64,000 nt of DNA from Lophium mytilinum. Its lineage: Eukaryota. The stretch is taken from positions 2,217,195-2,281,194 of the forward strand of contig MU004182.1 in assembly GCA_010093605.1 (NCBI GenBank). The letters are read 5' to 3'. The notes below the pieces were generated by a model. That model worked only from the letters and a program-made list of their open reading frames with translations. It was not told the DNA's origin and did not search any database. Shown in pieces: positions 12,948 to 24,648 of this stretch (positions are counted from its first letter, which is position 1; each line of letters starts with the position of its first letter). The translations under genes and the position numbers were made by a program.

Positions 12948-13509
12948 GGCGATGGTGTCTTGATTTAAGAGTTCCAGCAGAGAACCGCAAACGTTGGAGG
13001 TGCTATGCTGGCAATATGATTTATTCTGAACTCTCCAAGAGCTCACAATACTTCCCCCCACTTTCGTTGCATGGCGTACATCTCATGCCATTGTGGATCA
13101 CGATTGTGTGAAGCTCGCGATCATGCAGCCTGATTGATTAGTCCGATACGAAGCGCGTAGACTCCAGTTCTCTGGATCAAGTGGGGCCTGTTAGCTGTCA
13201 GGATACGCGCCGCGAAACCGATAAGCGGGGTTTAGGTAAAGCGACATCGCAACGTTCGTGAACGCTTTCTTGGTGAAGAGCAGCGGTGCTTGGTGTTGTT
13301 GCTGGGGTGGAGCTGCACGAGTCATGTAGCTCAAAGCACGCGACGCCGGGTATATATATCGTCAACCACCGTGAATCTCAAGGCCTACTGCAGGTGCCGT
13401 GTTCCGTCCAGTCTACCCAATCTCGACTCGTGGGGGCTTGAGCAGCGTTCCGATCGTGAAGCTCGTTTCAAACCAGTTTCGACAGCTTCAAACACCACCA
13501 AAATCCAGG

Positions 13510-15358
13510 ATGGCGAACCAAAATGCTGACGCTCGAGGTCCTCAGGGCAAAGAATTGCCCAAGAAGAGGATATTCATCAATGCCTTCGACATGTTTACTC
13601 CGAGTCATCTGAGCTTCGGACAGTGGCGACGAAAAGGCGACCGGAATAAGGACAAGCGGCGCGACCTAACCTACTGGACGGACCTGGCGCAGTTACTTGA
13701 ACGAGGAGATATCAACACTTTATTCCTTGCCGACACATATGGCCAACATGATGTGTACAAGGGGAGTGCTGAGCCGACTGTACGGACGGCCTGTCAGTAT
13801 CCAATGGGCGACCCAGCTGCTGTCAGTAACTCAAGAAATAATCTTAATCAGCACGTTCGGTACTGATTTTTCATTCGAAGTAGCCTATCACTGCGATGGC
13901 TGCGGTAACCAAGAACTTGGGGTTTGCCATCACGACAAGTACCAGCTATGAAGCGCCATTTGTGGTTGCGAAGCGGTTCTCGACGCTGGATCATCTTACG
14001 AAGGGAAGATTTGGCTGGAATATCGTAACGTCTTTCAAGCAGTCAGCAGCAGACGCCGTAGGGCCCCCATACTACCTAGCACGCCGGGCAAGGAAAAAGT
14101 AGCACACTCATCAAAATCTGTCTTTTGCGGTCTTGTGTACGCCTGTCTGCCACTGCTTGGAGTGCTTCAACATGTTTCCAGATAGCACAAGGCTAAGAGA
14201 TTCTACCTCTTCTACATTACCAAAAATGTATTGAAGGACCTCAACCAGCGGCAGACTACTGTATAAGACGCAGAATGCGCTTGAGTGTGCTACATTTTTG
14301 ATGCCCTGCGTGTCTAGATATCCTTTCGATCGAGAGTCTGACCTCAACTAGGTCGGTTTGCCTTTTGTCGAGCATGATAAGAGATACGAAATTGCCGACG
14401 AATACTTGCGCCTTCTTTACAAGTAAGCCCTACGAAGAAAACGAAAACGAGCAACAACTCACCTAGAATTAGGATTTGGGAAGGTTCTTGGGCCGAAGAC
14501 GCGCTAAAAGAAGATGCGGAAAACGAGGTGTATGCCGATTTTGACCGCATCCGATTCATCCATCACAGATCCGCAAATTTTAAGCTCGACGCGCCTCATA
14601 TTCTGGATCCCTCTCCTCAAAGAACCCCTTTCCTATTTCAAGCAGGAACGTCTGCATCAGGAATGGACTTCGCTGCAACTCATGCAGAAGGAGTCTTCGT
14701 AGCAGCCCTTTCACCGCACATTTTGGCACCCCGAGTGGCAAACATCAGAGCTAGAGCAGCTGCATTAGGTCGCGATCCCAAAAGTGTAAAGGTTTTTGCA
14801 GTCATCACCCCTGTCATAGGGCGCACCGATGAAGAAGCAAAGGCCAAGTACGAGGAAGCGTTGAAGTTTGCGAGCGTTGAAGGCGGTCTCGCGTTCTATT
14901 CAGGCAACGCGGGCATTGATTTGAGCAAAATGGATCTCGATGTGGAGATTACGCCTGGCGACGTTCAGGTGGACAGTCGCGTCCATTCGCTTGTTGACAG
15001 CCTCAAATACCACGGCAATGACATACCAGCTTGGACACCGAGGAATATCGGCAAAGCAGTGTCTATCGGCGGCAATGGGCCTGTTCCTGTAGGCTCAGCA
15101 GAGCGCGTGGCAGATATTTTGGAGGAGTGGATGGATGTCGCGGATTTAGACGGCTTCAATGTAGGTCATGTTACTTCTCCTGGAAGCTTCGAGGATTTAG
15201 TCGACCTCCTCGTCCCGGTGCTGAGAGAGAGGGGGAGGTATGCCGAGAAGGGAGAATCGGGAACTGTTCGCGAGAGAGTTTATGGCGCCGGCCAGGCTCG
15301 ATTGAGAGACGACCATGTCGGAAGTCGATATAAATACCAGGTTTATGTAGAGGATTAG
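13510..15358 (+). CDS. NtaA/SnaA/DszA-family FMNH2-dependent monooxygenase
   Basis: LFLAD, RFSTLDHLTKGRFGWNIVTS, PSPQRTPFLFQAG.S motifs; introns at 13822-13883, 14058-14351 and ~14423-14471. Confidence 0.92.
14076..14317. mobile_element. Internally deleted MITE-like family 1 copy inside intron 2 of the DszA-like gene
   Basis: Left end CTAGCACGCCGGGCAAGGAAAAAGTAGCACACTCA; reverse complement of right end CTAGACACGCAGGGCATCAAAAATGTAGCACACTCA; shares the CCTGTCTGCCACTGCTTGGAGTG core with 4791 and ~28795. Confidence 0.8.
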
Positions 15359-15932
15359 CGTAAATCAAACGAAAAGTTTCGTATCGTAAAGTAGAGCTAG
15401 AACTTGCGTCAATGGCTCTTTGAAATAAACCGCACTAAAAACCGCAGGTATTGTCTTCTATACTTCGCAACTTCACACCTTCAAGTGACATTCGAGATTT
15501 TCGGTGATGAGTTCTGATGAGCCAAGAAATCCGGACTGAGTCGTGCTAAACGGTACCAACTAGGATGCTGTCAGTGGCAACCCGTAAATACGGCGATCTG
15601 ACTCAAAATCTTATCTGAAGGTCGTGACGAGGCTCTAGGACCACTATGTGTAGGTAAAAGTGGGTTCAGCACGTGGGTCTGCTTTACTTCTAGGCCGCCC
15701 TAGCAAATGTCGCCATTTCGTACTATACTGAGCGGTACGTCTAGGGTTTTCAGAGACAGCGATCGCTCGGGAATTACCAGAAGAGGTACCCATGAAAGCC
15801 CGCCGAAAGTTCAACTGGTATAAAAGTGGTCTCCTGGTCCCAGGCATCCGGTTTGGCAAACACAGTGGCTTGCCTTCTTCGCATGCTCTGCATTAGGTGA
15901 TCTTCATTTCGCGAAAGAGAAGTGATACAACA

Positions 15933-17888
15933 ATGGCGCTAGACCCTAAATCTGCCGCTGTTGATGTGGTGCAGGAGGCTGCCATCTCCAAGGCTCCAAC
16001 GAATGAAAATTCTCCGCGCCCGAGATGGGAGAAGGTCCAGGAAGTGATCTGGGACGGAGGTCGTAGAACCAAAGAAGAGAGGAAGTTGATCCAAAAGCTC
16101 GACTGGTATATCATGTAAGCGCAGCCTCAATCTTTGTAGTTACTCTTCGTGGACGTTCGTTCGGTGCTTACGAGTTACAGGAGCTGGGCCACCTTTGGGT
16201 ACTTTGTCCGGTTATTAGATTCCTCTAATATTAGTCAGTTACTTACGCACAGTACGGAAATTTCGGTGCTGACTTGTTAAACTATAGCGAATGCCTATGT
16301 TAGCGGTATGAAGGAAGACTTGCATTTTCATGGCAGGGAATACAATCTTCTATCGACTTACTTCACGTGCGGGTACCTCGTGGGCCAAATTCCGTCTCAA
16401 TTCCTGCTCACAAGAGGTGAATTCAACTTAGGGTTGCGCTACTGGTTGACGAGCTGACCATTTTCGCTTAGTCCGACCTTCTCTCTATCTGCCAATCGTC
16501 GAGCTTCTGTGGTGCATCATGACGTTCTGTTTTGCCGCCGTACCAAACGTGAAGACGGTGTTCGCCCTGCGGTTCCTTTTGGGGATGCTAGAGAGTCCAT
16601 TTGCAGTTGGTGTATTGACCCTAATGGGAAGCTGGTATACACCTAGAGGTGAGTAGTCTGACGAGGTCTTCGGAAGAAACGAAATATTAAGATCAAAGCC
16701 ATAGAACTCAGCAAGCGCATCGCAATCTTTTATTCCGCAAGTTATGCAGCCAGTATGTTCAGCGGATACCTCCAAGCCGGGATATATCGAGGAATGAATG
16801 GGACCGCCGGACTAGCGGGATGGCGATGGTTGTTCATATTCTGTGGTGTCATCTCCATCTGGGGTCCGCTGTGGGGATTCTTTGCTATCCCTGATAATCC
16901 CCACTCTACCAAAGCAAGATGGATGCGTCCCGAGGAGCGCGAGCTACACATTGCTCGAATGTCGAAAATAGAACGGAGGAAGCCAGTACCGCTCACATGG
17001 GCGAAAGTAAGAAAAATTATGACCCACTGGCCCATCTATGTGTTCACCTTCACCCTCATGTAAGTCAACGAGCTTCGCTTTTGAGTCCCTTATTGAGCGA
17101 TGCGCTAGAAACCACTGCGTTGTGACTCAGCCTCTCAACTACTTCTCGGTTTGGTTGAAGTCCCTTGATCGTTTCAGCGTGTACCAGATCAATCTCTTCC
17201 CAACAGCAGGACAGGCCGTCGGTCTCGTCTTCACCTTGGGATATGCATGGGTATCTGATGGCATTGGGAAACGATGGCAGGTCTTGGTTGTCCCAGCTGT
17301 AAGTATGAAGTGTGAAACTGCTTCGAACTATACTGACACCGCCATACCAGATCTTAAACTTTGTCGGTATGGTGACCGTTGCTTCGCAACCAGGTTATGG
17401 CGCAACCTTTTTCGGATATCTTATCAACGCCGCCTCCTGGGGTTTCTGGCCAGTCCTATATGTAAGTATCAGAGGATAGCCGATCTCGAAGAAGTTCGGA
17501 GAGGACTGGAAGTTTGACGTTGCTAACATCTGCACAGGCTTGGGCTATCGAGATCATGCACGATGACATGGAGGAGCGGGCGATTGTTATTGGAGTGGCA
17601 CAAACATTTGGCCAAGCCTTCATCGCTTGGGTGCCTCGTAAGGATCTATCAGCAGCACTTTGAAGGTATTAGCTGACCATGACAGTTCTCATCCTAGATG
17701 TCGGCAAATATGCCCCCAAGTTCCATCTTGGCTTTAGCGTGATGAGTGGCCTGAGTGTGCTTGAATTTGGTAGTATTTTCCTCATTCGTTTTACCGCTAA
17801 ACGTGAAGAAGCCGCAAAGAAGGCATTGGGGGACACAAGCGGTGTTGAGGAAGTTCCGCCAGTGCTGAGCAAGTTTGAGGTCATTTGA
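15933..17888 (+). CDS. MFS transporter, allantoate/pantothenate (Dal5/Liz1/Seo1-like) family
   Basis: KLDWYIM, NAYVSGMKEDL, QIPSQFLL, GSWYTPRE, GLAGWRWLFI; multiple introns. Confidence 0.88.
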
Positions 17889-18120
17889 AGGGAGGCGAGG
17901 GTACGCGCCGGCGCGAAGAGAACGCGAGTTACACGCTAGTCTCACAATGGACTAGCGGAGAGTGACATCAGACACCTAAGGAGAAATGTTGGTGTAATAC
18001 GCCCATGCCTATAGCTGTCTTTGAACATGTGTATGATGTTTCAGTACAAGAAACTACAAATATCTGAGAAGATGCATTCAGAGACCCATATCATGGCATC
18101 ACGTGCCTGACGAGCATACC

Positions 18121-18880
18121 TACCTTAGCGCGCTAAGCCGGTATGCGAGCATGTTGTTGCAGCCATGCTGCCGTGAAAATCATGCTAGCATGATGCTAGC
18201 ATGATGTTGACATGCGTGTTCTTCCGGGCATCCTTTCACTAGTCTATTGTATACACATCTTGCTGCAATAAGAAATGGCTTCAAGATATTACAGTGTTAC
18301 AAGGGCATCCTTTTAGTGGCGTTTTCTATGGAACAAGTATTAGGTAAGAAAAATTATATTCCAGTAAAAACCATGTTCGGGTGTAACACCATGTTTCTAA
18401 ATTTATATTTTCTAAGAAAACCATTTCTCTCTACTTTACCACGGGTACCCCTCTTTTACTCCCTCGGTAATGCTGTATCTTCTACCACACCAACGCTAAA
18501 TGGCTAGATGCTGCTTAATAATTTCTTTTTCCTAAAGTTTACTCCAGACCGGTCTAATATTTGCGGTACCATAGGCGGCGGGGTGGCACAGTGGGGGTGC
18601 CCCGGTAGGTGTTGTAGTAAAGTGCCAGCTAACGTAAAGAATTTAATACGGGCTTATATAAGCTAAGTAGAAAACCATGTTTATAAGGAAAACCATGTTC
18701 TATAGAAAAATCATGTCCTATAAGAAACTATGTTAGAGGCTAAACACCATGTTCCTGTAACATAAATTTCTGGGGACATCGTCGTCCCATTATATTCAGG
18801 TTGAAACGATCTCGTATTGCAAAAGCATCTGGACATGGTGCCAACATTATGCTCGCGTACGGGTTTGGCGCGCTAAGGTA
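18121..18880. mobile_element. Non-autonomous DNA transposon relic with ~47-bp terminal inverted repeats
   Basis: Left TACCTTAGCGCGCTAAGCCGGTATGCGAGCAT vs reverse complement of right TACCTTAGCGCGCCAAACCCGTACGCGAGCAT; TA at both ends; AT-rich interior with repeated AAAACCATGTT. Confidence 0.8.
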
Positions 18881-19270
18881 GGTCTATCTCCGGAGCCAGA
18901 GGTGCTGAGGCGCAGCATCTCGCGAACGACCTCTAGGCAACCTTAGTCCTGTCGCCTAACCATCCGTCTACATCGGCATGCTCGCCTTCCCCTTGTTTTG
19001 CAAGCACTAGCCCAGCTTGGTTGGCAGTTGCAACTACTCTTGGCGGCAGTTACGCGGATTCCAAAGTAGGAAGCATGCGGCGCCGCGAGGCGTATCCCGG
19101 CTTTGATGGACAAGAATTTTACTTAAGGACCCTCTTCCAAACTACATCGCGACCTATTCAAATCCTCACTTACAACAAGAACACGCATTTCCTCTACCTC
19201 TCTTTCCATTACAGCCATAGAGCGCTTTATCAAAGACAAAACCCAACTCCACACATTCAAGGCTTCCACC

Positions 19271-19999
19271 ATGACTTCCTTCCAGCAATACCCTGTGGCC
19301 AACTACGCAGCCCCATCTCAGGCCGCACACTACAACGCCGGATTCCCTCTCACCTTCAACCTTTACGACCACAGAAAGCAACTACAACTCGGAGAGCATG
19401 CCTCTCAACCTCACCACTCGGTCACCCGCCACGCTGGCTTCGGCGGCAAGCCCAAGCTCGTCCTCCACAGCGGGCCCGACACGGCGTCCAGCACTCCCCT
19501 TGCAACGGTAAAGACAAAAGGCTACCTCTCAAAGCAATCCATCATTACAATCCCCGCCTATGGCATAACTGAACAGCTCCGTGCCCACTGGAGCCTAAAG
19601 TCCGCAACCTACTCCTTCTCTATTCCACTTCAAGATGGAAACAGCATGCTTCCTGGGCACTTCGAATGGCGGCCGTCGCGGGGTGACGAAGTCCAGGGGC
19701 TGGATAGTTCCAAGTGGACGCGGGGGTGGAAGCTGGTCCGGGTGGATGGCGAGACAGCCGGGGGCCGCGGCGGCAAGCGAACGTCCAGAGATGTTGGTCT
19801 AACGAGCGATGGAAAAGAGATTGTAGCGGTGTGGGCGGACAACGGGAAGCCAAGTATGCACAAGGTTGGGAAGTTCCAATTCCTAGGCAGAGGGGCCACT
19901 GGGGAGCTTGGAGATCGCTGGGCGATTATGGCGATTGCGAGTATTCTACGGATATGGCAAGTGACATACGCGGCGACGATCGCGGCTGCCAGTTCGTAG
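19271..19999 (+). CDS. Hypothetical protein (242 aa)
   Basis: Single ORF with CACCATG start; FEWR...GWKLVR...EIVAVW...KFQFLG pattern looks protein-coding. Confidence 0.75.
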   Translation: MTSFQQYPVANYAAPSQAAHYNAGFPLTFNLYDHRKQLQLGEHASQPHHSVTRHAGFGGKPKLVLHSGPDTASSTPLATVKTKGYLSKQSIITIPAYGITEQLRAHWSLKSATYSFSIPLQDGNSMLPGHFEWRPSRGDEVQGLDSSKWTRGWKLVRVDGETAGGRGGKRTSRDVGLTSDGKEIVAVWADNGKPSMHKVGKFQFLGRGATGELGDRWAIMAIASILRIWQVTYAATIAAASS

Positions 20000-20043
20000 A
20001 TCTATATCGCTATAGGTGAATTTTGGAATGCAAGGCCGGCGTT

Positions 20044-21368
20044 CTAGTTTTCATAACACCACGTTGGCAATCCCACATGTTCTCGTGCCCATGTAAGATT
20101 TTGATGCCACTCCAGCATATCAGCAGGTTGTATCTTCAACATTAGCATCTCTGAGATCTCTCGCACGAGCCGTTCCCCTACTCCTACTGCCCACCACGCT
20201 TGCGGGGGAGGGCGGTGTAGTAATACACCCCAGTGCATAACGATAAAAAGTGCCAATGGCTCCATCCGCTTGAAAGCGAGGGCAAATTTTGGGCCAGCGA
20301 ACATGGGAAACGCGATAGAGAACCCTTTGATCGAGTCATCAGAATCGAGCATAAAACACTCTCTGAGTTGCTTCACAGCTTCTTGGTACGGGTCCAGGGG
20401 CTCATCGACGGCCATAGAGTCACCACTAGCGAGCGTCGGACTGGCACCGTCGATGACAGTCGAAAGCCTGGCTAACGCAGCTGCCGTAATGGCGTCCAGG
20501 TTCTCCGGTCGCATCTTCTGCCTCTCGATAGCCCGGCCGAACCCGCGCGCAGCGAAGGTTCGGCCGGGCTATCGAGAAGCCATTCAAAATTTACAAGGAC
20601 GATAGAGCCATTGCCAAGGAAGAGACTGAAGAGTGTAACCATACGATCTAACATACCCGGCCTTGTCTTATCGAATTTGTTGTCTTCGACCTGCCTGGGC
20701 AGCGGAAGGGCCATGTTGATCACCGTCAGCATCATCGAGCATTGGTAGATCGAGTGGTGTGTCTCTTCAGTGATATTACAGAGCGCCGCACGGAGGGACT
20801 CGCTGGCCAGGGCATAATATCTCGATGCGTGACCAAGGTATGCCCTTTTCTTTGATACGTCGGTAGTGTGGTCGCCTATCGCTATCTCTAATGCAGCTAA
20901 GGCTAGGATTCCATTCAGAACGTAGTCGTGTCTGAAGGCTGCGCGGGGGACTTCGACCTGAAGGTACTGGACATCTTCGGGCAGTATGCAAAGGCACTTG
21001 AAGGTGCTTGTCGACCAGCGATGCATCAGCTCTAGCTCCGCCAATCGGAGCCCGTCAGCTGGGTTCTCGTCATCGTCATTGGAGGGAGGCGGCACAGGGG
21101 AAGGCCGAAGACTGCTTTTGCTAGATACGCTAGCTCCATCTCGTGCATCTAACTTTCCGTAGTTGCAACTACTCTCAGTATTACGTGCTATACATGCAGC
21201 GCATGGAGGTCCTCGCTCGTCGCACTATGGGGAGTCAGGGTGTAGACAAAGGGACTAGACAAACTACAGATGTGGTCATGGGGTAGGCAAGCTGCGTACT
21301 TTGACATGTCGCTTCTTGCAGTTCTGACAGCCCTTGCGGGATTTCCTATGGGATTTTCGCTGCTGCAT
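20044..21368 (-). pseudogene. Zn2Cys6 transcription factor (Upc2-like) with an apparent frameshift near 20545
   Basis: MQQRKSHRKSRKGCQNCKKRHVK/intron/CDERGPPCAAC..C; LELMHRW; the frame changes between ORFs 20472-21095 and 20044-20514 with no plausible intron. Confidence 0.75.
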
Positions 21369-22084
21369 AGTCTTTGGCCCTTCTCCGAATGCGCGGGGCG
21401 GGAACGGGTTGGTCTGAAAGCCGTGCGGCAGAATGATTGGGGTAGGTTACATCCCAGCAGATGCAGGAGTTCGATTATTGATGATAATGACCAAGGTACG
21501 TTCAGTGACACGAGTGGTTGGAGTGGTGTTGCTGGCAGGAGGTTGCAAGACTAGACCATACTCGGAGTAGCGGGAGAATCAACGTCTAGCATAATGATTG
21601 GCTCGACGGGTTGATCAAAGGAGCAAACATAAAAGCATCCAAAAAGGTTTCAAGAAGAAGGTATCGAAGTTCTGCATTTCTAAGACGATGTCAGCAATTC
21701 AGGTCAGCAATAAGGCCTTTTGCGTGTCATCCTTAGAAATCGCAACCATCCGCGGATGCTATTGGCTGTGACGCTTGAGAATTAGTGACACAGCAAACAG
21801 CGAAGGTAGTAAGTTGCGTGGTCGGTTATTCTAGCCCGACTACTATCGTCCGTGTCCCTCTCCGGCGTATGCAGTGTTCTACTTCTCAAGCCGAGCGAAC
21901 TGGACGAAATTTCACGGCTCATACTATCACGCCGTTACGACCACACATTAAAGCCGCCAAAGAAAGTGCTTGCTAATTAACGCTGTCGTATGACCTTGGG
22001 TTCTTACTCTTAAATACACTACTCCACGGGCGAACACTGAACCTACACCTCCAGTTCGCATCGAAAAAGCACTGCACTTACACC

Positions 22085-23140
22085 ATGTCCAACACCAAGG
22101 GCACGGTCCTCATCACGGGCGCCAATGGTGGCCTCGGAGCTGCCTTCACGTCTCAGTTCCTCGCATCCCACGAAGCATCTCTCTATACCGGCCTCTTCAG
22201 CGTCCGCAACCCGGCCAAAGCGTCTACTCTCCAGGCCATCTTGTCTAAGTCAGCAAATGGGAAACATCACGAAGCCGTGGCTCTTGACATTAGCACCCTC
22301 GCTTCCGTCCGGGCTGGCGCCAAAGCCATCAACGACCGCGTGGCCTCAGGTGCTCTACCTCCCATCCGCGCGCTGATCCTAAATGCTGCTGTCCAGAACA
22401 CCAAAGGCCAATCCTTCACGAGCGAAGGCCTGGAAGAGAACTTTGCAATAAACTACCTCTCCAACTTCCTCCTCATTCTACTCCTCCTGCAAATCATGGA
22501 CAAAGAAAACGGCCGCATCGTCATCATCTCGAGCTGGACACATGATCCCATGGACCCGCGCAACAACCACATCACAGATGAAAGTCACAAGACCATCTTC
22601 ACCAATATCGACGCTCTCGCCAAGCCACCCATCGAGGAGAAAAATGATGCCGGAATCATGGCGGTGTGGGCTGCAGGTATGCGGCGCTATGGAATGAGTA
22701 AGACCCTCATGGCTATGCTAATGCCCGAGCTTCAACGGCGAATTGATGCCGACCCGGCGCTCTCAAACATCTCGGTCCTCTCTGTCGATCCTGGTGGGAT
22801 GGCGACGGGGATTGTGCGGAACTCACCGCTACCAATACGCATCATGCTTGTCTATATTCTGCCCCTCTTCGCTCCACTCATGTTCTTGGTCGAGTATTTC
22901 GCGCCAAACGGCACGCTGCGGAGGCCTAGCACTTCTGCAAAAGCCGTGAGAAGGGCGGCTTTCGATGTGACGGAGCCGTTGGGGAAGTATCCGAAGGCTG
23001 TGGCGCTCAATGGGTTTGCGGTGGGCGCTCATCAGACGGCGGAAGTGTTGGATGAGAAGAAGCAGAAAGAGTTATGGGCCGGTAGTCTGAAGTATGCTGC
23101 GCTGAAGGGAGAGGAGACGGTTTTGAAAAACTGGGAGTAG
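22085..23140 (+). CDS. Short-chain dehydrogenase/reductase
   Basis: TGANGGLG, LILNAA, YGMSK catalytic motif. Confidence 0.9.
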   Translation: MSNTKGTVLITGANGGLGAAFTSQFLASHEASLYTGLFSVRNPAKASTLQAILSKSANGKHHEAVALDISTLASVRAGAKAINDRVASGALPPIRALILNAAVQNTKGQSFTSEGLEENFAINYLSNFLLILLLLQIMDKENGRIVIISSWTHDPMDPRNNHITDESHKTIFTNIDALAKPPIEEKNDAGIMAVWAAGMRRYGMSKTLMAMLMPELQRRIDADPALSNISVLSVDPGGMATGIVRNSPLPIRIMLVYILPLFAPLMFLVEYFAPNGTLRRPSTSAKAVRRAAFDVTEPLGKYPKAVALNGFAVGAHQTAEVLDEKKQKELWAGSLKYAALKGEETVLKNWE

Positions 23141-23375
23141 AGATGGTTTGACACTGACACAGCATGAGTGTAGAGCGATTTAAATTTCAATAGGATATGA
23201 CATTCAACTCGATCGTGTAGCATTTCATCCTTTTTCTTCCCCATTTACCCTAGATTCAAGACTCGAAAGTCGTATCAAGCATCTGTTATTTTTCCGGTGA
23301 AAGAGTAGCCAGACAAGCAAAGACCAGCCCATCAGCCCCAGTTTATCCATATTGAAGTTGGAATAACGCCCTTGT

Positions 23376-23563
23376 ACAGTCTGGGCACGGGCTCCCTCCA
23401 GTTTGCCCACCCAACACCACTGTTCGGGGTGGCCTGGCTACTGGGCAGGCAATTAGTCAAGAAGCAGTCCAATCTGCACTGCTTGAAGCTTGACATCACC
23501 CTCGACTCTTCGAAACCCTGTGGGGTACCCCAAGCAGTGGCGTACTAGTGTGCCCAGACTTGT
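23376..23563. mobile_element. MITE-like element, family 2 (most complete copy)
   Basis: Perfect 11-bp inverted repeat AGTCTGGGCAC (23378-23388) / GTGCCCAGACT (23550-23560). Confidence 0.7.
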
Positions 23564-23611
23564 GGCCTGTCACTGTAAAAAAGAAAAGAGTAGTCTCACA
23601 GACCAACTTCA

Positions 23612-24648
23612 TCATTCTTTGCATCCCCCGTTCTGTAGAATATCTACAAACACCATCATATCCCTCACCAACTCCGGCAAACTGGATGCCTCGTAGTTCT
23701 CTTCTCCAGCTACTGCGATGTAAAGATTACAAATCTGGGCCAGCTGCGTGATAACCAGCTGGACGGGCTCGTTGAACCCATCCATCCAATCGCGAGGGGG
23801 TACCAGGACCTTTCTACACTTTGGGCAGGTATTGGAATTCCCATTGTTCGAGCTCACCCAGGTGAGGATACATTTAGTTCCCCAGACATGTCCACAAATG
23901 AGTTTCAAGGGAAGGTGGTGTACTCCACCATAGGGATGTCGGCAGATCAGGCATTCGCTATGGTCCTCTCGGTCTCCGATTGCTGGGCCCCGAAAACACG
24001 AGCCCAAGAAGAGAGCGCTGCGTCTTTTGATTCTTTTGATTTCGAGTCTTATAATCTGGACCAAACGGTTTACATGTTGTTGGAGGGAACGGCTATTCTT
24101 ATGTTCTCCGGAATGCGGCAACAGGCCCAAACGTTGCCAGAATACCGTTGTGGGATCTCGCGCCCCTTGCGCTACACAGATGGCCGCCTCAACTGACGTA
24201 CGCATCAAGCTCATCAGCGTAGGGATATAATCATCTCGGCGGGTGAGTGGTTGCACCCGTCTGGAAAGGGCATGTTCTGCAGCGAATAGGCCTTCATGCG
24301 CGGCGTGCCAAGAGCTGAGCGACTTATTCCACGAATCCTTAGGCGTGAGGTAAGTCTTAAGAACGCAGTCTTCGAAAGCCAGGCCACTAGCTTTCCTCCG
24401 ATTCGATTCCTCTTCATATTTCTCGATAGACTTGAAGATTTCAAGGTTGGAATAGGACTGGAAGGGTACGGCTAATATATCCTCGAAGGATATGCTGTCT
24501 TGTGTTCGTAGCATAGTGGAGTATGATGGAGCATACATGCTGCGATGTTCTGCAGATCGTATTAGTTCGCTGACAATTTTAAGCCGCCACCCAGGTGGCT
24601 TTGGAAAACTGGATTCAACTCACTATTCTGAGAGGTCTGACTAGGCAT
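23612..24648 (-). CDS. RING-finger domain protein
   Basis: CLIC...CGHVWGTKC...W...CPKCR; main ORF 23612-24538, possible first exon 24648-24591 via a 41-nt intron. Confidence 0.75.
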
